The notes beneath the pieces were generated by a model. The model did not search any database. It saw nothing but the letters and a program-made list of their open reading frames with translations, and was not told the origin of the DNA. From assembly GCF_004010195.1 (NCBI RefSeq), contig NC_057719.1, positions 84,164,504 through 84,228,503 on the forward strand: a DNA stretch of 64,000 nucleotides, written 5' to 3'. This DNA comes from Chiloscyllium plagiosum (lineage: Eukaryota). A program made the position numbers and the translations under genes. Positions 12,330-23,484 of this stretch are shown in pieces. Position 1 is the first letter of the stretch, and each line of letters opens with the position of its first letter.

Positions 12330-14780
12330 TGCTAGGTAGATACCCATCTCAGTCTCCACACAAGATAGCTAGCATCACAGAAGCCAATCTGATTCATTCC
12401 ACGTGGTATCAATAAACGACTCAGCTCACTGAATACAACAAAGGCTTTGGGTCTCAATATCATTGTGGCTGCAATGCTGAAGATTGTATTCATGAACTAA
12501 CCATTCCCAGAGTCACATGGTTCCAGTACACATGCAACAGCAGCATCTACTCAACAGGGTAGAAAATTCCCCAACTACATCCTTTCCTTAAGAAGCAGAA
12601 TGATCCAATGCAACCTATCAGTGTCAACCTGTCAACCCTGACTCAACTTGGGCAGAGGGTCATTGACAGTGCTACTAAGCACCACTTAGTCACCAATAAT
12701 CTGCTCCTTAATCTTTAGTTTGGGCTCCTCCAGGAAACTTGGTTCTTGACTTCATTACAGCCTTAGTGCAAATGTGGTGAGCACCCTTGGTATCAAGGCA
12801 GCACTTTACCAGCTGTGGCATCAAAGAGCCTCAGCAAAATTGAAGTCATTAGGATTTGGGTGAAGACTGGCCAGATTCCAAAAAAACATCTTGTTGGAAG
12901 CTAATTATCTCACATATAGGATATCATTGCAGGAGTTTCCTTGGCTATCCCTGGTCCAAACATCTACTGCTGGTTCAACAACATCAAACCCACCGACTCC
13001 CACAGCTACTTGGGCAACACCTCCTCCCAAATGACCTTGTGTAAAAACAACCTCTTACTCCCAATTCCTCCGCCTCAGTCTGCTCCCAGGAGCAATTCCA
13101 CTCCAGACCATCCGAGATGGCCTCCTAATTCAAGGACCGCAATTTCCCCTCCCACGTGATCAACAATGACCTCCAATGCATCTCCTCCACTTCCCGCACC
13201 TCCGCCCTTGAACCCCACCCCTTCAACCACAACAAGGACAGAACCGCCTCTCGTCCTCACCTTCCACCTTACCAATCTCTGGATACAGCGCATTATCCTC
13301 CATCATTTCCACCATCTACAACCAGACTCCACTACCAGAGACAAATTTCCCTCCTCACCCCTATCTACATTCTGCAGAGACCATTCCCTCAATGACTCTC
13401 TCATTGGGTCCATGACACCCACCAACCCACCCACCACTCCTGGCAGCTTCCCTTGCCATCACCTGCACCCACGCCTGCCCCCCTCACCTCTGTCCAAGGC
13501 CCCAAGGAATCTTTTCACATCCAAGCATAAATTTCCCTGCACATCCAAATACCTCAGCTACTATGTCCGTTGCTCTCAATGTGGTATCCTCTACATTGGG
13601 GAGACAGGACGCCAACTCGCGGAAGATTTCAGGGTACATCTCCGAGGCACACGCACCAAACAACCCCACCACCATGCAGCTGACAACTTCAACTCCCCCT
13701 CCCACTCCACCAAGGACATGCAAGCCCTGGATCTCCTCCACTGCCAAATCTAAGCCACCCGACGACAGGAGAAAGAACATCTCATCTTCTGCCTTGGGGC
13801 CCTCTGACCACACTGCATCAATATAGACTTCATTAGTTTCCTATTATCTTCCCTCACCTATCCATCTTCCTTCCCTCCTATCCGCTGCACCCTCCTCTCC
13901 AATCTATCACTATCACCCCCCACCGCCATCTACCAATCGCCTTCCCAGCTACTTCTCTCCGCCCCCACCATCCTATTTATCCCTCCTCTTCCCCCACCAC
14001 ACATTCCTGGTGAAGGGTATATGCCCGAAACATCAACTATCCTGCTCCTGGAATGCTGCCTTTCCAGCGTCACACTTTTCGATCCTGCCCAACATCAGTC
14101 AGGTTTTGGGTTTATAAGAGGAAAATGCCAGGACATGACCACCTTCAACAACAGTATCTCACCATCTCCTTTATATTCAGCAGCATTAGCAACATCAAAC
14201 CTTGACCGTCGACATCTGACAGACTAAACACCTAAATGAATACGCCACATAAATAGTGACTACAGCAGGGAATCAAAGGCCAAATATTTGTCAATAAGTG
14301 ACTCATGTCCCCCACCCCCCCGACCCCCAATCCCCTCATTCCTTTCTACTGTCTATGAAGACATAAATCAAGTGTGATAGAATACTTTCCATTTGCCTGG
14401 ATGAGTGTAGCTCCAACAAAACTCAAGAAGCTCAATATCATCGGGGACAAAACAACTGCTTGATCAACAAACTATCGCCTACCTTAAAAATTCATTCCCT
14501 GCACCACTGCAGAAAAATGGTGACAGTATGTATCGTCTACAACATGAGCTACAGCCATTAAAAACAAGCCTTTTTGACAGCATCTTCAAAGTCTGCAGCC
14601 TCAAACATCCAGAAGAACAAATGGAGAAGGTGCACAGGGATATCACTGCTTTCACATTTTCCTCCAAGTTACGAGCCATGCTGACTTGGAAATGTATCAA
14701 TGCTCCTTCATCACCCCTGGGGTCAAAATCTTATCATTTCCTATCTAACAGCACTCTAGGTGTAGGTACTGTAGAAAGCA
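12330..14780 (+). mobile_element. Degenerate non-LTR retrotransposon (second LINE family, clade uncertain), interrupted by a PLE
   Basis: Decayed RT motif near 12785-12830 (L-x-IKAA-x-x-x-x-WHQ). The region 14480-14780 matches the reverse complement of 19370-19620, 30280-30520 and 37560-37850. Confidence 0.6.
12987..14089 (+). mobile_element. Penelope-like element, 3' fragment (RT C-terminus, GIY-YIG endonuclease, pLTR)
   Basis: ORF 13166-13753 ends YYVRCSQCGILYIGETGRQLAEDFRVHLR (GIY-YIG). Decayed hammerhead at about 14003-14038. Possible 8-bp TSD CAACATCA at 12979 and 14090. Confidence 0.88.
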
Positions 14781-14830
14781 GCTTGCCATTACTCTCAAGG
14801 TGTGTGTGAGTGTGTGAGAGTGTGAGAGAG

Positions 14831-15078
14831 ATTAGATTACTTACAGTGTGGAAACAGGCCCTTCCCCTACATTTACCCCTTCACCTAACACTACGGGCAA
14901 TTTAGCGTGGCCAATTCACCTAACATGCACACCTTTGGACTGTGGGAGGAAAGCGGAGCACCAGAGGAAACCCACGCAGACACTGGGAGAATGTGCAAAC
15001 TCCACACAGACAGTTGCCTGAGGCGGGAACTGAACCTGGGTCTCTGGCGCTGTGAGGCAGCAGTGCTAACCACTGTGC
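14831..15078 (-). mobile_element. HE1-type V-SINE, internally deleted, within a (GT/GA)n microsatellite spanning about 14800-15195
   Basis: V-domain, tRNA-like head and (TCTAA)n tail match the copy at 23173-23484. Confidence 0.9.
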
Positions 15079-18000
15079 GTGCGTGTGTGTGTGCGAGTGA
15101 GTGAGTGATTGAGAGAAAGTGAGAGTGAGAGTGCGAGAGAGTGAGAGTGCGAGTGCGAGAGTGCGAGAGAGCAAGAGAGAGCTCGAGAGAGAGTGAAGAA
15201 AAAGCAATAAGTGTCACACTGTCCAGCAGCACTACCATCTTATTTGTAATAAAAAAACGAGGCTCAAATGGAACATACACACTAGCATGGGCTGATTGGA
15301 CTGCATGGCCTATTCCTGCACCACATGGTCTCTAATTAATTGGTTTATCAATGGGTTATCAATTAGCTGTGCCATCTTAAAATGGCCAGATTCTCACCAG
15401 AAAGGAAACAGAGATCTGGGTACCAGGATCATTGAGTCCATGTAACAAAGTCTTCACACATATACAGTACGAAACTTAGTTCGACAATGACATATACACT
15501 AAAATTATTCCAACTCTCAAACTAACTGGCACCCATGAGGTTTACTGCACTGTATTTGAAGCACTCGGGTTGTGGTTCAAACATAATGAGCATCTTCACT
15601 TGATTAAAATATAAATCATTGCAGCTCATTATGTTTATTATGTGTGCTCTATTCATGCCAGTGGTTACATTTCAAAGCATCAAGCAGGAAGGAAATCTTG
15701 TCAGGACTGGTTTCGGCAGTAATCTTTACTGTAAACAATTTTTTTTTAAATATAAAAAATTTCCACAGCACGTCATTCGCTTTCTTAAAGGAGCGCACTT
15801 GGCCAACATTAACAGCCTTCTGAAAAGAACATTTCAAGTTGACACAAGTCTTCAAATCCTCTGGGTTCCTTAATGAACAAAGTAGCAACCAGCGTCCTGA
15901 ATACACTCACACCAGGTTAAGGCATGATGAAACTCAGCCTCATTAGTCATCCATCACCAGTTCTTACTGGATTATGTGGACAAATGGAAGATTCTAGGCC
16001 TGGTTGCTAAAACGGCCTCTCACTTCAACCTTCAATTCATCAGGCTAAAGAAAAGAAGGGACTTCATTTTCTCCACTGCAGTCTCCTTCAACACCGAAAT
16101 ATCCACTAGTGGGAGCAATTTTTTCCCCAGTCTAGTCTGTTCAGATTCCTCACTATTTTGAATACTGATATAAAATCTTCCCTTCTCCGATCCATCTACA
16201 ACTGAAGCTCCTCATCTTATGAAACCATTCTCATAATTTTATTTGTACTCTCTCTGAGGACTTCATCTTTCAGATACTGTGTGATGCCCAGAACCGGATT
16301 CAATACTCCAGCTGGGGCTGATCCAGTGTTTTACACAAGTTTAATGTAACCTCTTTGCTCTTGTTCTCCATACCCTATTAAAAAGCATAGAATACTGTAT
16401 GCACTTAACCTGTCCTGCCACATTCAATAGCTTATGCACATATAATCCAGGTCCCTCTGCTCCTTCATCATCTTTAGAATTGTACTCTTCGCGTAAAAGT
16501 CCATGTTCTTCCGCCCAAATTAATCACTCTGTGCTTCTGAATATTACATTTCCTCTCCGACTTGTCAGCCCATTCCACCAACATTGCCCATGTCCTTTTG
16601 AAGCTCTGAGCTATCCTCATCATTTGCAATGCTTTTGAGTTACTCTAATCCACAAATTTGGAGCTTTTGCTTTGTGTATCAAAATTGACATCATCAATAT
16701 GTCAGGAAAGGCAGGAGTCCCAACACTGTCCCCCAGGAAACTCTGCTGGCCCAAAATGCATTTATTAACCACTTATACTCTGTTTCCTTTAACTCAGCCA
16801 ACTTCATGTGCTTATTGCTACTGCCCCTTTTATTCCATGAGCTACAACATTGCTCACAAATCTTATGTGTGGCACCTTGTCAAGCTAAACAACATTAACC
16901 TCATCAAAAATGTCACGCAACTTAGTTAGTTAAACCCAATTTGTGTTAAACAAAACCATCTGGTTTTCTTCACCAATGTGTATTTTTCATGTGACTATTA
17001 ATTTTGTTCCAAGTTATTGTTTCTAAATGCTGCCCCACCACAGTCATACTGACTGGTCGTAGTTTCCACAGTACCTTTTGACAGTCTTAAAAGTTTCTAT
17101 CCCTCTGCCATTCCTAGCTGAAGTTAACACTGATATTCTCTGTGAATACAGTGCACTATCCTTTGTTGTCATCAATATGTCTAAAGCCCTGACTCAGACC
17201 TCACACAGATCTTCCTTTTATTCAGTCTCTGCCATGTCATCCAATTCAGTGGAACTTTCTTGGTTTGGTTCACTCTTGTTACTTTCCAACCTCCCAGCTC
17301 AACCCTCCAGAATGCCCCAAGAATCTATTGTTACGGTCCCCTTTCTTCTCCACCTGTACACTGTCCTTGGCTGCTGTGGGCCACAGGTTCAGACCTCGCT
17401 CTATCCTGAGAATACTGCACTCTTGAATGAGCTGCAATAGCCTCTGCTTAAATGTTGATCAGACCAACACAGCATCATCTCCAGTTCCTTCCACAAATTC
17501 CAATTCCCTCCCTAAATAATGTGCCAGTCTCTGAAACTTAGCTCATAACCACCACATCCTACTTCATACGCTGAGCTCCTGAGCCATATGAGCCCAAACA
17601 AAAAATATCTATCCCAATATTCATGATGTGGACTAAAGGGTCTGTTTCCATGCTGTACATCTCTATGATTCTAAGTCCCCAATATTGCCCTAGCCTCAGC
17701 TCAATCATCAGTAAAACCATCATTTATGTTTTAGTACTTCAGACTTGAGTATTGTGATGATTTCCTTACCAGTCTCCCATTTATGCCCTTCTTTAAATTT
17801 CAGTCAACCAAACTGCCCCATATGCTACACCATCCTTCTTGTTAATTCACATTTGTTCCCAGCACGTGGTATCGTTAAGTATAAAATTCTCATCCAACTA
17901 TGCAGATTTGTTCATGGAATTACTTGCTTTAGCTTCAACTCCCCCCAAACTACAGCACACTTAACTCCCTATCTTCTGACTTCAGTCTCAGGAATTTCCT

Positions 18001-18194
18001 ACCATTGCCCCAAACACCTGCAGCCATATCTTCAACTGACTAATTCCTACATGATAGAATTCTTTTCTTAAATCCCTCTACCTGTCCAATTCACTTTCTT
18101 GCGAAAACATCCACCTTAAAAGACCAACTTTCAACGAGCTTTTAATCAATTCTCCCAAAACCTCCTCAGTGGCTGAAGGCCCACTTCTGTGCAA

Positions 18195-18465
18195 CCAAAA
18201 GAGAAAATGCTGGAAAATCTCAGCAGGTCTGTAAGGTGAGAAAAGAGCTGACCTTTAGAGTCTAACTGACCCTTTGTTAGAGCAAAAAAAAGGGGAGAAA
18301 TAGGGACCTCCCTCTTTCTCCACTTTTTTAGCTTTGACGAAGGGTCAGTTAGACTCGAAACTTCAGCTCTTTTCTCTCATTACAGATGCTGCCAGACCTG
18401 CCGAGATTTTCCAGCATTTTCTCTTTTGGTTTCAGATTCCAGCATCCGCAGTAATTTGCTTTTAT
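18195..18465. mobile_element. Fold-back PLE-terminus insertion (family C) with hammerhead motif
   Basis: Perfect 12-bp TSD ACTTCTGTGCAA (18183-18194, 18466-18477). Inverted arms of about 100 bp. Motif agct TTGACGA a gggtc-agtta-gactc GAAA ct TC agct at 18330-18368. Confidence 0.85.
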
Positions 18466-19309
18466 ACTTCTGTGCAAGTTCCTTTGTGAAGCGCCTCCTC
18501 ATGGAGCCATACACCATGTTGTAATCCACACCTCAAAGCTTTTCACCCAACTCAGTGTTTCCACCAAACTTGTTCTCACCCTTCCTTACACTTCCGACCA
18601 TGAATCCGATAGTTTGGTTACATCCAACCCCCATGCTGGAAAGATCAGTGTGGCACTTCATAGACAGAAAAGCACAACATTAATGCAGTTTACGTTATAT
18701 AACCACTTATTACGTTCCCTACAGCAGCAGATTCTTTTAAACAAAATATTTTCATCATAGGTGGGACTTGAACTCAGAACATCTGGCCCAGAAGTAGGAA
18801 CACTCCATAAAACATCTTATCAGTATTCTACATGCATACAATGCAAATTAGATCCTTTATTTTCAGCAGTTAGCTGCAAATATAGTTAGCTGCAAGCATT
18901 AAAAAAAATGCACAATAGTCAATTGTTGAACGATGTGGTTCAAAAGATATTTAAAACTTCTCGAGCCCAATTTGTGAAAGGTACTTTAGTGCAAAGCACT
19001 TTTGAGTACATGAAGGGAGAAAGAATACTGTTACCATGAGCAACAATCAATAAAATCTCCCTCCACATTTAATAAATATTTAAACTTCCTGGCAAAGTAA
19101 AGCCATATGTAACATTTCAAAGATTTATATCGGGGAGGGCTCATCATTGTCAGATTTTCTGCCATCTACAGACAAGCTGACAGACATCTTAATTCAAAGT
19201 AAGCAACTAAAAATGACAGTGAGGAGCTCCACATGCAGAAGAAAATGACATTTAGTGAACTGTACAGGGTCAGGAATAGGACAGAGGAATTGGAAGCTTT
19301 TAAAAATAT

Positions 19310-19900
19310 TATTGCATGGGGCATGGGTGTTGCTGGCTGGCCAGCATTTATTGCTCATCCATCTTCACCCTTGAGAAGGTGGTGGTGAGCTGCCTTCTTG
19401 AACCGCTGCAGTCCATGTGCTGCAGGTAGAGCCACAATGCCCTTAGGGAAGGAGTCCCAGGATTCTGATCCAATAACACTGAAGAAACAGTGATATATTT
19501 CCAAGTCAGGATGGTAACTGGCCTGGAGGGGAACTTGCAGGTGGTGGTGTTTCCATATATATATGCTGCCCTTATCCATCTAGATGGAAGTGGTTGTGGG
19601 TATGGAAGGTGCTGACGAAGGGTATTTGTTGAATTTTTGCATTTTGTAGATGGCATACACTGCTGCTAGCAAAAAGTGAGGACTGCAGATGCTGGAGATC
19701 AGAGTCGAGTGTGGTGCTGGAAAAACACAGCAGGTCAGGCAGCACCCGAGGAGCAGGAGAATCAGCACACACCGCTGCTTTTAAGTGTCAGCGGTGGAGG
19801 GAATGGATGCTTCCGGATATGGTGCCAGTCAAGCGGGCTGCTTTGTCTGGGAATGGTGTCAAGCTTCCTGAGTGCTGTATTCCATCACTCTCCTGATTTG
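19310..19900 (-). mobile_element. 3' end of the second LINE family, interrupted at 19668-19764
   Basis: Similar to several other copies in the window (about 4040-4200, 14480-14780, 30280-30600, 37500-38050). Confidence 0.7.
19668..19764 (-). mobile_element. 97-bp PLE terminal fragment (family A)
   Basis: TSD GCATACACTGCTGCT / GCACACACCGCTGCT (19653-19667, 19765-19779; 13 of 15 match). Confidence 0.8.
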
Positions 19901-19915
19901 CTTTTCTACCTTCAA

Positions 19916-20078
19916 GGAGAAAGTGAGGTCTGCAGATGCTGGAGATCAAAGCTGAAACTTTATTGCTGGAACAGCACAGCAGGTCAGTTAGAAGGGCCTG
20001 TGCCCGAAACGTCGAATCTCCTGTTCCCTGGATGCTGCCTGACCTGCTGTGCTGTTCCAGCAATAAAGTTTCAGCTTT
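19916..20078. mobile_element. Fold-back PLE-terminus insertion (family A)
   Basis: Perfect 40-bp inverted arms at 19948-19987 and 20039-20078. Direct repeat GCTTTTCTACCTTCAA at 19900 and 20074. The loop holds the 3' half of a hammerhead (gggc-ctgt-gccc GAAACGTC gaat). Confidence 0.88.
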
Positions 20079-20259
20079 TCTACCTTCAATCAATGAAGCC
20101 GAAGGGATCCAAGTAAGTCAGTTAATACTCAATGACCAAATGCGATTTTTCCCAGAGCTGAACAAGAAATGGATCTGGAAAACAACAGGGCTTCACCACT
20201 GAGGCCTATTTATATCATCGGAGCCTGGAAAGAGTCTGAGCTTTCACAATCAAATGTCT

Positions 20260-20480
20260 GCCGTGGTTCAGTAGTAGGTCGCTCGTGTCCGAGTCAGAAA
20301 GGCATGGGTTCAAGACCCATTCCAGTGACTTCAAAACAAAATCTAGATTGGCAATGACAATCTAGACTGGCAATGTTGTACTGAGGGACTGCTGTACTGT
20401 TGGAAGTGCCACCTAGTGGATAAAAGCTATCTCCCCTCTGAGGCTAATGCAAAAGATCCATTACTGCTAGGGGAACTGGG
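20260..20480 (+). mobile_element. Degenerate DeuSINE-like fragment
   Basis: tRNA-like head (GGTTCAAGACCC), then GTACTGAGGGA..GCTG and GCAAAAGATCC as in the 53440 copy. Confidence 0.6.
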
Positions 20481-20568
20481 ATCAATTGTGCACAGAACAA
20501 TGTGGATCGGGGAGGAATACAAAGAAATAGTCAAAGATAGTCCATGAATGTACAGGGTAACACTGGAG

Positions 20569-21416
20569 GTAAAAACAATGACTGCAGATGCTGGGAACCA
20601 GATTCTGATTGAGTGGTGCTGGAAGAGCACAGCAGTTCAGGCAGCACCCCGATGCTGGTCAGGTTGCTCCCGATGCGGTCTCCTCTACCTTGGGGAGACT
20701 GGGCGCCTCCTAGCAGAGCACTTTAGGGAACATCTCCGGGACACCCACCCCAATCAACCACACCGCCCCGTGGCCCAACATTTCAACTCCCCCTCCCACT
20801 CTGCCAAGGACATGGAGGTCCTGGGCCTCCTTCACCACCGCTCCCTCACCACCAGACGCCTGGAGGAAGAACACCTCATCTTCCGCCTCGGAAGCCCAGT
20901 GGTTAGCCTCACAGTGCCTGAGACCCGGGTTCAATTCCCGCCTCAGGCGACTGACTGTGTGGAGTTTGCACGTTCTCCCCGTGTCTGCGTGGGTTTCCTC
21001 CGGGTGCTCCGGTTTCCTCCCGCAGTCCAAAGATGTGCAGGTCAGGTGAATTGGCCATGCTAAATTGCCCNNNNNNNNNNNNNNNNNNNNNNNCAGCAGT
21101 TTCCTCATTTCCCCTTCCCCCACCTCACCGTCGTTCTAAACTTCCAATTCAGCACTGTCCCCATGACTTGTCCGGACTTGTCCTACCTGCCTATCTCCTT
21201 TTCCACCTATCCACTCCACCCTCTCCTCCCTGACCTATCACCTTCATCCCCTCCCCCACTCACCCATTGTACTCTATGCTACTTTCTCCCCACCCCCACC
21301 CTCCTCCAGCTTATCTCTCCACGCTTCAGGCTCTCTGCCTTTATTCCTGATGAAGGGCTTTTGCCCAAATCGTCAAGAGAAAAGATTTCGCTGCTCCTCT
21401 GATGCTGCCTGAACTG
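20569..21416 (+). mobile_element. PLE fragment with inverted terminus and GIY-YIG remnant, containing an HE1 SINE (about 20897-21070) and an assembly gap
   Basis: Perfect 16-bp TSD CAGGGTAACACTGGAG (20553-20568, 21417-21432). Translates CSRCGLLYLGETGRLLAEHFREHLRD. Decayed hammerhead near 21345. Confidence 0.88.
21071..21093. other. Assembly gap (23 N)
   Basis: Run of N. Confidence 1.
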
Positions 21417-22819
21417 CAGGGTAACACTGGAGACCAATTGATTTGTTATCATGCACTGAAGTCTCTTTGCTGACCCATACTTATCAAGTGACCTTTGCAA
21501 AGCCTTGTGACTGTTGATTTTTGACACCAAGGAACACCAATGCTACTCCAGAAGGGTGCATTGACAACAAGCAACAGGAATAAATGTTTCTGCAACTTCT
21601 CCCAGCCATTACAAGGGCTGGAAATGTGAAATTGGCACCAGACAGGTAGTTTTAAACTTGAAGCTTGAACTTGTACATTGAGCTATGACAGAGGGAGGTC
21701 ATATGAAGTGCCGGAGGGTGCAGGGAAAAGGGCAAAGGATGACACTGCAGAGAATTTCAAAGGAATAACTGCAACAACAAAGCACCACAGCAGTGCTCTC
21801 TCAGCCTCACACATGAAACCAGTTGCAAAGTCCACACACAGCATGTGGTGTCACTTTAAACACAAATCCCCCAAGGTGAAAATGAGAAAGAAAATTCCAA
21901 AGAGAACGTTGCAATGCAGTGCCATTTTAAATTCAGAAGACTTGATCTGACCAAACATTCAGTGGAAACAATGAAATCAGAAATATTTGCAATTTGGAAT
22001 GAGAACATAGGTCTGCTGTCACCTCAAGACTACTCCAGTGCACCTCCTAATTACTGGGTCATGATTGGTATAGGGACAGGCCAGAGCTGACAGCCACTAA
22101 AGAATTAGTATGATTTTCAAGTCCAATAGCTTGAAATAACTTTCATTCAAAATGTTTCATTTAAAATCCGACACTTGATAACCCTGTTCCCAGTTACCGT
22201 CAGCAGCAAACCGGAGACAACCCACTCAAAAGCACTGGGCTCGTATTATTGTTGCGGCATGGCCTGGTGTACGAATTTGGACTGAGAGACCTGTGGAGAA
22301 GTCAGAGTTTCATCAGGCCTTTAGAAGCATTTCCTCATCAGCCTGTTGAGAGATGTATTACACACCTGTGGAACAGGTCGGACTTGAACCTGGTCTCCTG
22401 GCTCAGGAGGATCATGGTTAAAAATAGATACAAATACATTAGTCTTCTCTTTCACACTGACGTGCTGGTCTCCCCACCATGGAAGTGAGAGACAATTTTG
22501 TTCAGCCTCCACCTCCAGTGAGTTGTTTATTAATTCATTTCATTAACAAAATTGCACAGGACGACAGAGCTTGGATTTGATCTACTGACTTTGGGTTCAC
22601 TCTGACACCTCCTTTTAAGGATCCCTGATGCTACTCCTGGAATGGTCTCCTATTTTTTTTCTACTGAGTTGGAGTTGATCCCTGAGTTTTATGTTAGAGT
22701 TAGGGGATATGCTGAGCCATGAGGTTATAAATTGTAGCTGCATAAATTCTTCTATTGCTGATGGCTCAAACCACTTCACGGATGCCCAGTCTTGAGTTGC
22801 CAGATCTATTTAGCACTCG

Positions 22820-22931
22820 GAGACAGTAAGGACTGCACGTCAATAATCTGAAGCCGGAAAAGCTCAGCCGTCAGAGAGCATCCGACGAGCAGGAAAGTCG
22901 ACATTTCAGGCAGAAACCCTTCTTCAGGACA
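22820..22931 (-). mobile_element. PLE terminal fragment with hammerhead motif
   Basis: Minus strand reads gtc CTGAAGA a gggt-ttct-gcct GAAA tg TC gac (22930-22897). Confidence 0.7.
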
Positions 22932-23172
22932 CTGATAGTGCCACACAACATGACGGAAGATATCCTCAGCATGAAAATGGATGCTGTCCTCTGTGAAGAC
23001 CATGCGGCATTTGCTTCTACAAATACTGTCCTGGATATCTGCAGCTGGTAGACTGTGAGGTCAACACCCAGTAGGGTGTTTCCCTCCTGTTGCTCCTCAC
23101 CACTTGCGCAAATTCAGTATAGCAATTACTTACTTAAAGACTGACCAGCTCAGTCACTAGTAAGCAAGCTAT

Positions 23173-23484
23173 GGGCGGCATGGTGGCACAGTGGTTAGCA
23201 CTACTGCCTCACAGCGCCAGAGACACGGGTTCAATTCCCGCCTCTGGCGACTCTCTGTGTGGAGTTTGCACCTTCTCCCCGAGTCTGAGTGGGTTTCCTC
23301 CGGGTGCTCCGGTTTCCTCCCACAATCCAAAAATATGCAGGTTAGGTGAATTGGCCATGCTAAATTGCCCGTAGTGTTAGGTGAAGAGGTAAATGTAGGG
23401 GAATGGGTCGCGCTTCGATGGGTCGGTGTGGACTTGTTGGGCCGAAGGGCCTGTTTCCACACTGTAAGTAATCTAATCTAAAAA
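23173..23484 (+). mobile_element. Full-length HE1-type V-SINE
   Basis: A box TGGCACAGTGG, B box GGTTCAATTCC, V-domain (GTGTGGAGTTTGCA..GGGTTTCCTCCGGGTGCTCCGGTTTCCTCCC), CR1-like tail and (TCTAA)n. Confidence 0.93.

Noticed and set aside
13166..13753. GIY-YIG ORF as a domesticated nuclease
   Set aside because: It is a frameshifted, truncated PLE fragment with related decayed copies at 20660, 29600 and 55560.
18195..18465. Fold-back inserts as MITEs/DNA transposons or pre-miRNAs
   Set aside because: The arms are asymmetric, TSD length varies, and the family A arms are contiguous with GIY-YIG coding sequence. This fits PLE termini better than TIR elements.
21400..21460. Minus-strand CAG|TGC ATG ATA ACA AAT CAA (CMITNQLVSS) as the next RAD51B exon (expected VILTNQITT)
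   Set aside because: Only TNQ matches, the polypyrimidine tract is poor, and the frame runs into a TSD and a PLE insertion.
23173..23245. tRNA gene
   Set aside because: It is the tRNA-derived head of a V-SINE and continues directly into the V-domain and LINE-like tail.
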